Part shown: positions 9,129 to 17,599 of the stretch, one piece after another
Numbering within the stretch: the stretch's first letter is position 1
Layout of the letters: each line of letters begins with the position of its first letter
Program-made: the position numbers and the translations under genes
Notes under the pieces: model-generated
Database searches by the model: none
What the model was told of the DNA's origin: nothing
Seen by the model: the letters and a program-made list of their open reading frames with translations, nothing else
Origin: Vulcanimicrobiota bacterium
GTDB lineage: Bacteria > Vulcanimicrobiota > Xenobia > Xenobiales > JADMJV01
Assembly: GCA_050250895.1 (NCBI GenBank)
Contig: JBFWNU010000002.1
Coordinates: forward strand, 288,001 to 352,000
DNA length: 64,000 bases
Direction of reading: 5' to 3'

Positions 9129-10126
9129 GACTGGGGTTTCCAGCGGAAAAAGTCGACCATGCGGTCGAAGACATCGGGATCCGAGAACAGGCAGTGGTGC
9201 ACCTTGGTCGCCCCGCCCGAGAAGAGTTCCACCTGACCGCCTGGCGCATAGAGGCTGGATTGCTCGACCAGGCCGTCTCCGGGAGCGCGGTCGCCGGCCG
9301 CAAAGGCCGGGGTCGAGAAATCCCCGCTTCCCACCGTGATGGCTGCCTCGACCTTGGAGATCTGTTGAGCATAGCGCGAGTTGAGGTCTTCCAGCCGAGG
9401 ATTGGCTCCGGGACGCTCGTTCTCGGCCCGCATCCAGTTGAGAGCGGCGGCCGCGGCCGGGGCGAGTCCGCCCAGGGCCATAGCCCAGCCGACCCGGTTG
9501 GCAATCACCTTGTAGCCATCGGTGGCGTTACGAACGCCGCGGTGCGGAGTGCCTCCCATCATCAGGCGGCCCAGCCGGTCGTCGTTCTCGTCTAGATACT
9601 TACGCACGCCCAGGCCGCCCATACTGTGGGCTGCTACATCGAAGAGCTGGGTTCCGCTAAAGCGACGAATGGCCGCGAATTCTTCCTTGAGCTGGCTGGC
9701 CGTGTCCTCGGGGCTCTGAGAGCGGTCATGGGGCACCACCCTGAACACCATCGCCCCGGGCTCGGGTGTCTGGCACTCCTGCTTGCAGCCGGGGTCGCTG
9801 AAAACCTTGCCGCCTTTGACGTAATACGGTCGCCCACCGTTGTGGCCATCTTTGGTCAGGTGGTCGAGGAGAGGGCGAAAGCCGCCCACCTTGGAGCGAA
9901 AACCCTGCACCATCACAAAGGGACGCTCGAGCAGGACGGCTGGCCTGTCGGCTAGCCCGCCGCGCATTCGCGAGGCCATGATTCCCCGGGCCTTGTGCAT
10001 CCCGTAGGTGGCCACTCCCATCAAGCCCTGGCCCAATTCGACCAAATCGAGCGGCTCGCTCGGCGCCTGGGACCGGCTCAGGGCCGCTCTTTGCACGGGG
10101 CTATGCGGTCGCCAGGCAACTTGCAT
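9125..10126 (-). CDS. Alpha/beta hydrolase, lipase/PGAP1-like
   Basis: PFVMVQG, AHSMGG nucleophile elbow, GTPHRG, GDGLV, C-terminal His. Confidence 0.85.
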   Translation of the reverse strand: MQVAWRPHSPVQRAALSRSQAPSEPLDLVELGQGLMGVATYGMHKARGIMASRMRGGLADRPAVLLERPFVMVQGFRSKVGGFRPLLDHLTKDGHNGGRPYYVKGGKVFSDPGCKQECQTPEPGAMVFRVVPHDRSQSPEDTASQLKEEFAAIRRFSGTQLFDVAAHSMGGLGVRKYLDENDDRLGRLMMGGTPHRGVRNATDGYKVIANRVGWAMALGGLAPAAAAALNWMRAENERPGANPRLEDLNSRYAQQISKVEAAITVGSGDFSTPAFAAGDRAPGDGLVEQSSLYAPGGQVELFSGGATKVHHCLFSDPDVFDRMVDFFRWKPQS

Positions 10127-10132
10127 ATTGCC

Positions 10133-10165
10133 AGTCTAGGGCTCTACCCTGAAAGAAACCTGGTG
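10133..10165 (-). promoter_or_regulatory. Phased-repeat promoter, leaderless
   Basis: CCAGG-N5-TTCAGG-N9-TAGACT-N6-ATG. Confidence 0.6.
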
Positions 10166-10186
10166 ACGCGATAAGGCCGCGGTCTT

Positions 10187-10768
10187 CTATCGATCGACGC
10201 GGATGCGAGTGGCGAATTGCAGGCGTTGAGAGAACTCGGCGGCCGACATCTCCTGGCGCGAAGGGCTGTCGGGCCAGGGGTCGCGCAGCACGACCCCATC
10301 GATGACGGGGTTGCCGAACTGGTCACGATGGAAATAGGCACCGGTCATGACGTAGGCGTGGCCGGTCAAACCCACGATCAAGGGGCGGCGCTGAGCCAGG
10401 TCGGCCACGATGGTGGCGTCGTCGAGGTGGGTAGAGTCGGTCGAGACCGCGGCCGGGCGGCCGTTCGCATCGACCGCCAGTCCGTTGAGATTGGCCAGGA
10501 TCTCGAGGGGTCGCCCGGGGCGATCGATAGGTGCGCCGAAGGTGCTCGCCACAATCGCTGCCTGCTGGCTTGGGATACCGTGAAAGCCCATCACCATCTG
10601 AATGCAGGCCGCCCAGCACCAGTTGCTGCGCTGCTGGCGACCCAGGTCCTGGGGTCGGGCCGAGGCCACGAATTCGTCGGTGGGAATCCCCACCGTCTCT
10701 TCGAGAACGGCTGGCTGAGGGCGAAAGGGTGCGTTCCATCCGGGGTTACTGTTGACGGCAGTTACCAT
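10187..10768 (-). CDS. Papain-like cysteine peptidase (C39/C70-like)
   Basis: QQRSNWCWAAC, GHAYV, RDPWP give a Cys-His-Asp triad. Confidence 0.8.
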   Translation of the reverse strand: MVTAVNSNPGWNAPFRPQPAVLEETVGIPTDEFVASARPQDLGRQQRSNWCWAACIQMVMGFHGIPSQQAAIVASTFGAPIDRPGRPLEILANLNGLAVDANGRPAAVSTDSTHLDDATIVADLAQRRPLIVGLTGHAYVMTGAYFHRDQFGNPVIDGVVLRDPWPDSPSRQEMSAAEFSQRLQFATRIRVDR

Positions 10769-10775
10769 TTTCGAG

Positions 10776-10819
10776 AGTGTAGCCGGGCTTCGGCCTCCGG
10801 ATGTTGCCGGCACTTTGCC
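10776..10819 (-). promoter_or_regulatory. Phased-repeat promoter, leaderless
   Basis: GGCAAA-N5-GGCAAC-N21-TACACT-N7-ATG. Confidence 0.6.
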
Positions 10820-10954
10820 CCTCGGACGAGCCAGGCACACGGCGGCCCAGGGTAGCGCCGGGCTGGACGTCGTCTAGCCCTCGTCGCTCGAGTCGCGGTT
10901 GGGCGGCGCTGCCCCTCCACCACCACCCCCGGTGTCTGTCGGAAAAGCCCTGGT

Positions 10955-12694
10955 CTAGTGGCTGCCGAAGTCGGTTCCGCCGAACGGGCTGGGAAAGCCC
11001 GTGCCGGGCAGTCCTGGCCCTCCCTGGGGCAGGCCCGGAAGGTTAGGCATATAGGGCTGCCGACTCTCGTCTTGACGGGAGTCAAGGTGGATGAGCTGAC
11101 CGGCTTTGTCGAACCCGAGCACGGCCGAGTGGAGCATGCCGGCGGGCACCATTCCGTTGGCTCCCAGCGGGAGTCGACCGGCCTGAATGAAGGTTTCGCC
11201 TCGATCGTTGTGATAGATGCGTTGGGCCATCAGCGGCGGCAGTCCGAGTTCGCCGGCATTCTTGGCCAGATACTCGTTGGCCGCTCGCGAGGCCGGGGTA
11301 GTGTCGGGTGGATCGCTCTCCCAGACAGGAAGACCCATTTGGTCCTTGCGCCCGGTGTCGCGCGAGGGCTTGGGGACAAGCTCATAGTCCTGGCCGGCGA
11401 CAGCCGCCGGAAGATGCAGCGCCTGGTTGGCGTTGAGCTGATCGAGGCGCTCTTGGCTGGCCCCCAGCCCTTCACCCGTGATCTCTAGACCGTTGCCTTT
11501 GAAGCTGCGCAAATAGGTCTCTTGATGGGCTCCGCTACCATCCACTCGGCCCGCCTTCAGCATGGCCTCGGCCAGTTCTTCCTGCGAGGTGGCGTTGCCG
11601 TTATGCATGAAGTCGAGGGCGCGGGTCAGATCGTTCCCGACCACGTCGCGGGCCTTTTCCAGGGCGGCGTCGGGACTTAGATCGGGGTTCGCCTTGCGAA
11701 CGTCCTGATAGACTCCTTGCAGCGAATCATACAAGCCGCTACCGAAGTGGCGCGAAGCTTCGTGGCCGTCATCTTCGGGGTCGAGCTTGACCGGAGGGCC
11801 GGCTCCCAGGTCGCGGATACCCTCGCGGGTGCCGGGGGCCGGACCGTCGCCCAACTTGGCAAAAGCCTGGTTGTTGCCTTCCCCGATGTTGCTGGCCAGG
11901 CTCGACTCTTCGCCTTTGTCCCAATGGGCCAGCAGGTCTTTGCGAACCTCGGGGTCATCCAGTGAGTGAATCAAGGCTTGCCCGTCGGCGAAGGCCTCAC
12001 CGGCAGCTGTAGTGCGGGTGTCGCGCGAGGTCAGGTTGGGGCGGACCGCGTCCATCAGCGCGTGACCCTGCTCGTGAGCCACCACATCGGGGTCGCCCAC
12101 GCTCTGGTCTTTCGAGAAGGCGATGGCCCCTGTGCCGGGACGATAGGCCGCATCGGCGATGCCAGGCGCATCCAGATGGACCGAGAGTTTGCCGTCGGGG
12201 CTGCGATACTTGAGCTCGCGTCCCAGCCGCGAGGTGGCACTGTCGTGAACTTGTTCGGCCGTGACGAAGGTGTCGATGATGGCCTGATCGCCAGTGAGCT
12301 TGCCGTCTTCGAGCTGGACCCGATTCTCGTCAGAGGGCGCCAGGACGCGCACTTCGGGACTTTCGAGCTGGGTCTTGGCGTAGTGCTTTGGCGGCTGGGT
12401 CGGCAGGGCCAGAGCCAGAGCCCCGAAAGCGGCCGGGCTGTCGTTGACGGGATGCTCTTCGGCCACCGCCTTCCAGTGGTCGAAAAACTGCTGATTGGCC
12501 TGCAGCACTTTGGTTTTGCCGTCGAGGTTGAAGCTGCGTTGAGGGGTCAGCCCGTTGGCCTGGGTGTTGTGTTGGGTGGTAGTCCCGCCCGGTAGGCTGC
12601 GATAGGCTTCGGGACTATTGCCCGGGTCGGTTTGCGTGGGCCCGTTATAGACGGGCTGCGCCGGCGCTGTCGGCATAGAAAACCCAAAAGCCAT
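10955..12694 (-). CDS. Zinc metallopeptidase (M4/M36-like gluzincin)
   Basis: DAAY, DVVAHEQGHALMD, GEAFAD third ligand, GHEAS; GGAGGT RBS before ATG 12694 (alternative start 12715). Confidence 0.8.
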   Translation of the reverse strand: MAFGFSMPTAPAQPVYNGPTQTDPGNSPEAYRSLPGGTTTQHNTQANGLTPQRSFNLDGKTKVLQANQQFFDHWKAVAEEHPVNDSPAAFGALALALPTQPPKHYAKTQLESPEVRVLAPSDENRVQLEDGKLTGDQAIIDTFVTAEQVHDSATSRLGRELKYRSPDGKLSVHLDAPGIADAAYRPGTGAIAFSKDQSVGDPDVVAHEQGHALMDAVRPNLTSRDTRTTAAGEAFADGQALIHSLDDPEVRKDLLAHWDKGEESSLASNIGEGNNQAFAKLGDGPAPGTREGIRDLGAGPPVKLDPEDDGHEASRHFGSGLYDSLQGVYQDVRKANPDLSPDAALEKARDVVGNDLTRALDFMHNGNATSQEELAEAMLKAGRVDGSGAHQETYLRSFKGNGLEITGEGLGASQERLDQLNANQALHLPAAVAGQDYELVPKPSRDTGRKDQMGLPVWESDPPDTTPASRAANEYLAKNAGELGLPPLMAQRIYHNDRGETFIQAGRLPLGANGMVPAGMLHSAVLGFDKAGQLIHLDSRQDESRQPYMPNLPGLPQGGPGLPGTGFPSPFGGTDFGSH

Positions 12695-12760
12695 ACGTGG
12701 ACCACCTCCAGCCATGATTCTCCCCGGTTCTGGCACCCAAATCTAGTCTTTCGAGCAAGA

Positions 12761-12787
12761 ATTTACAAGAAGTTAACGATTGTTCAC
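12761..12787. promoter_or_regulatory. Three phased hexamers in a divergent intergenic region
   Basis: ATTTAC 12761, GTTAAC 12772, GTTCAC 12782. Confidence 0.45.
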
Positions 12788-12823
12788 TGTTTGAGCCGGC
12801 CTGACCCAGGACATGAGGGTTGC

Positions 12824-13234
12824 ATGTTCAGCCTGGTGACCGGTTCAAAGCGCATAGCGGTGGGGGAGAAGGCTCTGATGATCGGACGCGCCCCCCTCAA
12901 CGACCTCATTTGCGAGGACGAAATGGCCTCGCGTTTGCACGCCGAGGTCAAAGTGCTCGACCACAAGCTGATGGTGCGCGATCTCGACTCGACCAATGGC
13001 ACCCAGCTCGACGGCCAGCCCCTGGCGCCGGGCCACTGGCATCCCCTCAGAGCTGGGCAGGTGCTGTCGATCGGAGCCTGGTCGGTGCGAGTGGTGCTGG
13101 CCGATGAAGACGACTTTATCCCGCCCGAGACGACCGCCTTCGCGAACCCCGACCGGGACCCGTCCGGGCGCTTGCCCGCAGCCTTGCGGGCCACCCGCGA
13201 ACGGACCCTGCCCGAGGGCATTGACTTCGGCTAG
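12824..13234 (+). CDS. FHA-domain protein
   Basis: IGRAPLNDL, SRLHA, RDLDSTNGTQLDG. Confidence 0.9.
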   Translation: MFSLVTGSKRIAVGEKALMIGRAPLNDLICEDEMASRLHAEVKVLDHKLMVRDLDSTNGTQLDGQPLAPGHWHPLRAGQVLSIGAWSVRVVLADEDDFIPPETTAFANPDRDPSGRLPAALRATRERTLPEGIDFG

Positions 13235-13340
13235 GCTGGCTCGGCGACCGGTCCCAAGTCGGTGAGGCGACTCACCTCTGGGGCGTCACCCCGGCGCGGG
13301 CCGCGAGCCTGCCTGAGTTGTGCGGGGCCATCGTCTGGGA

Positions 13341-15503
13341 CTAGCGCAGATCGCTGAGCTTGACGGTGACGTTGTCTTGCTCGACATTGAAGGTTGCCGC
13401 GCCCTGTTTGCGGCCGCCGCCGGTGTGGGTGCTCGAGGGCTCGGACGAGGTCGTGGGGGCGGCGGCCGGCTGGCGCTCGCCCCGGCCGAGAGAGGATTGG
13501 CCCTTCTCGCTCCCCAGTTCGCGCCGCTCACCCATCGGCCGCAGCAGGCCCATCAAAGGCTTGCCGCCCTGAGGTCTTGGAGCGCGGCCGCCGGGGCGGC
13601 CGTGAGGGGCTGAGTGCACCTGGCCCGCGGGTTGGCCGGGGGCACCCCGGTGTTGGGCTGGAGGGTGCTCGCCCTGGCGGGACGGGTGAGGCTGGGTCGC
13701 CGTCTGCGGGGCCGGGGCCGAGACGGGCCTGACTTCGGCTTCGGGCTGGTGAACAGGTTGGGGAGGCTGGTGACCAGAGTGCTGATGGCCGCCCGAGTGC
13801 TCTCCGCCGTGACCAGGCTGGGCGTGTTCCACTCGGCGTTCGTGGTGCTGACGATGGGGATGTTTTTTGGGCTTGGTTTTGGCCTGAGCCGCCACTTTGC
13901 CGTCTTTCTTCTGCTTGGGTTGGCCGTCTGTAAGGCCGGGGGCGCCCTCCATCGGGGCTGCGTCATCGAACCCCGAAGCCAGCGGCGAGCCCGTCGGTGA
14001 AGCACCGCCCAGGGGGTTGCCGGCCGGTGCTTGACCCGGCTGGCCGCCGCGCCCGGCCTCCTGGCCAAAGGCTTTGCGCATCGCTTCGTCGAGGGCGCGC
14101 AGATTGTCGCTGGCCCCTTCCGAGCGCTGGTGGTCTTTGGCCGCGGTCTGGTTGGCCTGACCGGCCTGGTTCTGAGCCTGGTCGCGACGCTCGCCGGCCT
14201 GGTCGGCCTGATTGCGGTTCTGGTCGGCTTCGGCGAAGTTCTTGCTGGCGTCAGACTTGTGCTGGGTGGCCTGGTCGAGGAACTTCTTCATCTCTTCTAG
14301 GAACTTCTCGGCCTTCTGGATGGCCTGGTCTTCTTTCGACCTGGCCTTCTGGTGGTTGGCTTTGGCTTTGGTCTGCTGTTGCTTGCCCTGGGCCTGCACC
14401 TGTTTGCCCTGGGCCTGGGTGGTGCGCCCGGTGGATTGCAGCCCCTGGCCCTGCGCTTGCAAACCTTTGCCGCTGGCTTGCAGGCCCTTCCCGGTGGCTT
14501 GCAGCCCCAGGCCGCCAGCTTCCAGGACCGCGCCCTGAGCCAGCAGGGCGGCCCCAGCGGGGGCGGTGAAGACGCCGGCCGCCAAGGCGGCGCCGCTGGC
14601 CATCAGGCCCTGGCCCGAAACCTGCATGCCCACTCCGGTGGCTTCGGTGGCATGGCCATTGGCTTCGGTGGTATGACCGGTGGTCTCCACGCCCTGGCCG
14701 GTAGTTTCGGTGGCTTTGCCCTGGGCCTCGGTAGCCCGACCCGAGGCCTCCACGGCTCGGCCCTGGGCTTCTTTGGCCTTCTCCATCTGCTGAACGGCCT
14801 TCTGGGCCTCGGCTACCATTTTCTGGGCCTGGCTCATCTCTTGAGCCTGCCGACCCTGCTGGGTGTTGCTGTCGGCCATCTGCAAATTCTGATTGCCGCT
14901 GTGGGTATTCTGGCCGGCGCTCTGCAAGAAGTTTTGCTGGGCCTCACCCTGTTGGCGGGCGGTGTCGCTGAAGGCACGGGCCGCCTCGGTGTTGCCCTGG
15001 GCGCTTTTCTTGGCCTCTTCCTGAGCTCGGCCCTGACCCTGGCTGGCGTCTTGCAACTGCTGGCGGCCTTGCTCGTCGCGTTTGACCGAAAGATCGCTGC
15101 CCAGGGCAGGGGGCGTGAAATTGCTGGTTCCGTCGGCGGGTGACGAGGCGGGTGTACCGCCCCCGAAAGCGTTGCCCAGCATGGCCGGAGCCGCGCCTAG
15201 AAAGCGGGTCAGCGCGTCGCCCAGCCCCAGGCTCGAGCCCAGCGGCGGCATTGCGCCCGGCATCCCGCCAAACTTGCCGGGGGTGACACCCATCAGATTC
15301 TTGTTCTGCGGCATCTGGGGCATGCCCATGGGGGGAGCGGGAATCTTGAGTTCGGGGGGGAGGCCGGCGTTTACGGGGGCGGGGGGGTTGCCTCCCAGAT
15401 AGGTGTTCAGCAGTTGGGGCAGCGAGCCCACCATCGCCATCATATCGGGCGATTGGCCGGCCAGCATCTGGGGAGCGAGGCTTCGTTCGAGCTGCATGTC
15501 CAT
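13341..15503 (-). CDS. Gln/Ala-rich coiled-coil protein with a glycine-heptad hairpin and hydrophobic tip (translocon/pore-like)
   Basis: 9+9 xxGxxxx heptads flanking AGVFTA; low-complexity termini; RBS AAGGA. Confidence 0.7.
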   Translation of the reverse strand: MDMQLERSLAPQMLAGQSPDMMAMVGSLPQLLNTYLGGNPPAPVNAGLPPELKIPAPPMGMPQMPQNKNLMGVTPGKFGGMPGAMPPLGSSLGLGDALTRFLGAAPAMLGNAFGGGTPASSPADGTSNFTPPALGSDLSVKRDEQGRQQLQDASQGQGRAQEEAKKSAQGNTEAARAFSDTARQQGEAQQNFLQSAGQNTHSGNQNLQMADSNTQQGRQAQEMSQAQKMVAEAQKAVQQMEKAKEAQGRAVEASGRATEAQGKATETTGQGVETTGHTTEANGHATEATGVGMQVSGQGLMASGAALAAGVFTAPAGAALLAQGAVLEAGGLGLQATGKGLQASGKGLQAQGQGLQSTGRTTQAQGKQVQAQGKQQQTKAKANHQKARSKEDQAIQKAEKFLEEMKKFLDQATQHKSDASKNFAEADQNRNQADQAGERRDQAQNQAGQANQTAAKDHQRSEGASDNLRALDEAMRKAFGQEAGRGGQPGQAPAGNPLGGASPTGSPLASGFDDAAPMEGAPGLTDGQPKQKKDGKVAAQAKTKPKKHPHRQHHERRVEHAQPGHGGEHSGGHQHSGHQPPQPVHQPEAEVRPVSAPAPQTATQPHPSRQGEHPPAQHRGAPGQPAGQVHSAPHGRPGGRAPRPQGGKPLMGLLRPMGERRELGSEKGQSSLGRGERQPAAAPTTSSEPSSTHTGGGRKQGAATFNVEQDNVTVKLSDLR

Positions 15504-15537
15504 CGGTATGAGGATCCTTTCTCGTCTCTTTGCGGCC

Positions 15538-15591
15538 AGTATAGAAACGACAGGAGTTCTCCAGGTGTGACAGTTCCCAACGAATGTTAAC
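15538..15591 (-). promoter_or_regulatory. Phased-repeat promoter
   Basis: GTTAAC-N16-CACACC-N20-TATACT. Confidence 0.6.
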
Positions 15592-15615
15592 TTTTTCGTC
15601 GCGGAAGCTGCAGCT

Positions 15616-16668
15616 TTACAGGCTGGTGACGGCCATGTTGTAGAGGGGCAAGAAAGTGGCCAGCACCACGAAGCCGGTGAGCAGGCCCATGACCGTCAGG
15701 ATCAAAGGCTCGAGTAGCGTCACCAGTTGCGATGTGCGCAAGTTGATGGACTGGTCGAAGAACTCCGAGAGCCGCCTGAAGTTGACCGCCAGTTGGCCGG
15801 ATTCTTCCCCAGCCTTGATTTGCACCAGCAGATTCTCGGGCAGCAGACCGCTGATTCGCAAAGCCTCGCTGAACTCTGTACCCTGGCGCACCTCTTCGAT
15901 GCATTGGGCCAACCGTCGACGGTATCCTGGCCAGGGCAGATAGAGAGTCTTGAGGCTGGTGACCAGATCGCAACCGGCGTCGAGCATTAAGTGGAGGTCG
16001 GCCAGACAGTCGGCGTATACTCTTTCGTGATTGAGCTTGCCGAGCAGCGGTGTCTCGAACCAGAGCCATTCCCTCAGCCTCTCGACCCGTGGGTCCGAAC
16101 TCGCGGCCACCACCGCTCCCACCCATACTCCCAGGGTGGTTAGAATCAGCAGTATCGAGGCCAGATTCTGGCTGGCCCAAATCAACAGGCGGGTGGGCCA
16201 GGGTAGGGGGACCCGCAGTCCGGTCAGGAACGGCAGCAGTTTGGGAAACATGTAAAGCGCCATGAACGCGGCCATGGCCGTCGACACCAGACAGAGAAAG
16301 GCGGGATAGGCCAGGGCGCTCTTGAGCGAGCGCTCCATCGTTTCGCGGCGGGCCGACTGCTGGGTGATTCGCTCGAGGACCTCGGCCAGGCGCCCCGAGT
16401 TCTCGGCCACAGTGACGAGGTTGACCACAAAGGCGCTAAAGGTATTACCCAGGCTCTTCATGGCTTCAGAGAGACGCCGCCCGTGGCTGATCTTGGTCAC
16501 CAGAATCGCCGAGGTCGAGGCCAGGCGCGGTTGCTCGCTGGCGGCCAGCGACTCGAGCGCCCTCACCAGGGGCACGCCCGAGCCCCACATCATTTGCAGT
16601 TGCAGAGCCCAGAGGTGGAGTTCGTGCGTGTTGAGCGGGGGGTGGCCCGTCGGCTGGGATGTCGTCAT
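15616..16668 (-). CDS. Type II secretion F / PilC-family platform protein
   Basis: SGVPLVRAL, VAENSGRL, ALAYP, GEESGQL, LLEPLIL...FLPLY. Confidence 0.92.
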   Translation of the reverse strand: MTTSQPTGHPPLNTHELHLWALQLQMMWGSGVPLVRALESLAASEQPRLASTSAILVTKISHGRRLSEAMKSLGNTFSAFVVNLVTVAENSGRLAEVLERITQQSARRETMERSLKSALAYPAFLCLVSTAMAAFMALYMFPKLLPFLTGLRVPLPWPTRLLIWASQNLASILLILTTLGVWVGAVVAASSDPRVERLREWLWFETPLLGKLNHERVYADCLADLHLMLDAGCDLVTSLKTLYLPWPGYRRRLAQCIEEVRQGTEFSEALRISGLLPENLLVQIKAGEESGQLAVNFRRLSEFFDQSINLRTSQLVTLLEPLILTVMGLLTGFVVLATFLPLYNMAVTSL

Positions 16669-17195
16669 TGGTTGAAGAGACGAAATTGAAAGGTCGTCTG
16701 CCGGGAACTTCGGGCGCCGTGAGTTCCCTCTTTGGTCAAATGGACTTCCATCTCGAGCATGCCTCGGCTGCGGCGAATGAAGCGGGCCGAACCCTCGTCG
16801 CCGAATTTGGCCAGCACCCGGCGTTCGCTGGTGAGGCGCACCAATTCTCCGTTTTCAAACGAGATGGTGAAAGGTTCGCCCCATTCCGGCAGACCTTCGG
16901 CGGTGACCGAGGGCTCGCCATTAGGAGCGAGCATCAGAGGGGTCAACTCGAGCGAGGTGACGTACTCGGGTTCGATCCAATCGTTGGGAGCAGTCAGCCG
17001 GGACGACTTCAGGGACGAGTCGAGATGGCGGGTGGCAGCCATAATCTCGCGATCGATGTCCGCTTTCAAAGAAATCAAGCGCTCGGCTCTCACCGACGAG
17101 TGATAGATCATCCAGATCGCCAGCAGCAGAACCGAGAAGACGGTGCTCACGACCAGCACCTCGGCCAGGGTCGCACCCCGAAATCGCGTTTTCAC
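16665..17195 (-). CDS. Prepilin-like minor pseudopilin (PulJ/PilW-like)
   Basis: Class III signal RG/ATLAEVLVV. Confidence 0.75.
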   Translation of the reverse strand: MKTRFRGATLAEVLVVSTVFSVLLLAIWMIYHSSVRAERLISLKADIDREIMAATRHLDSSLKSSRLTAPNDWIEPEYVTSLELTPLMLAPNGEPSVTAEGLPEWGEPFTISFENGELVRLTSERRVLAKFGDEGSARFIRRSRGMLEMEVHLTKEGTHGARSSRQTTFQFRLFNQ

Positions 17196-17590
17196 GGCTG
17201 GCCCTTCAGGAACTTGGTGGTCATGAACTTCTGATGCTCGGCGCCGTTTTTGTCCTTCCAGTAGATGGTGATGTCGACTCTCTTGAGGTCGTCGCGTTCG
17301 CGCGTCTCAGTCAATTCAAATTCGACCCCCTCGAGACTCGCTAAGGGCTGGCGCCCGGCCGCAAAGACCTCTGGGACCAGGTCGTGATCGAAGTGCTCGG
17401 TCAGGGCGTCGCCGGCCTGGCCGAAGATGGCGTTGGCGGCGATACTGACCTTCTCATAAGACCGGCCCTCGGCCTGATTGCGCAAGACGGACGTCAGCAC
17501 CCCCAGGAGGCCGAACAGGACCAGCGTCAAGATGAAGATGGCGAACATCATCTCGATCATGTTGAAGCCACGCTCGAGTCGTCTTCGCAC
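17192..17590 (-). CDS. Prepilin-like minor pseudopilin (PulI/PilV-like)
   Basis: RG/FNMIEMMFAIFIL; C-terminal LKRVDITIYW. Confidence 0.8.
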   Translation of the reverse strand: MRRRLERGFNMIEMMFAIFILTLVLFGLLGVLTSVLRNQAEGRSYEKVSIAANAIFGQAGDALTEHFDHDLVPEVFAAGRQPLASLEGVEFELTETRERDDLKRVDITIYWKDKNGAEHQKFMTTKFLKGQP

Positions 17591-17599
17591 CAGCGTCTC

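Noticed and set aside
14370-14770. 21-bp periodic DNA as a possible CRISPR or tandem DNA repeat
   Set aside because: Explained by protein heptad repeats; no repeat-spacer structure and no cas genes.
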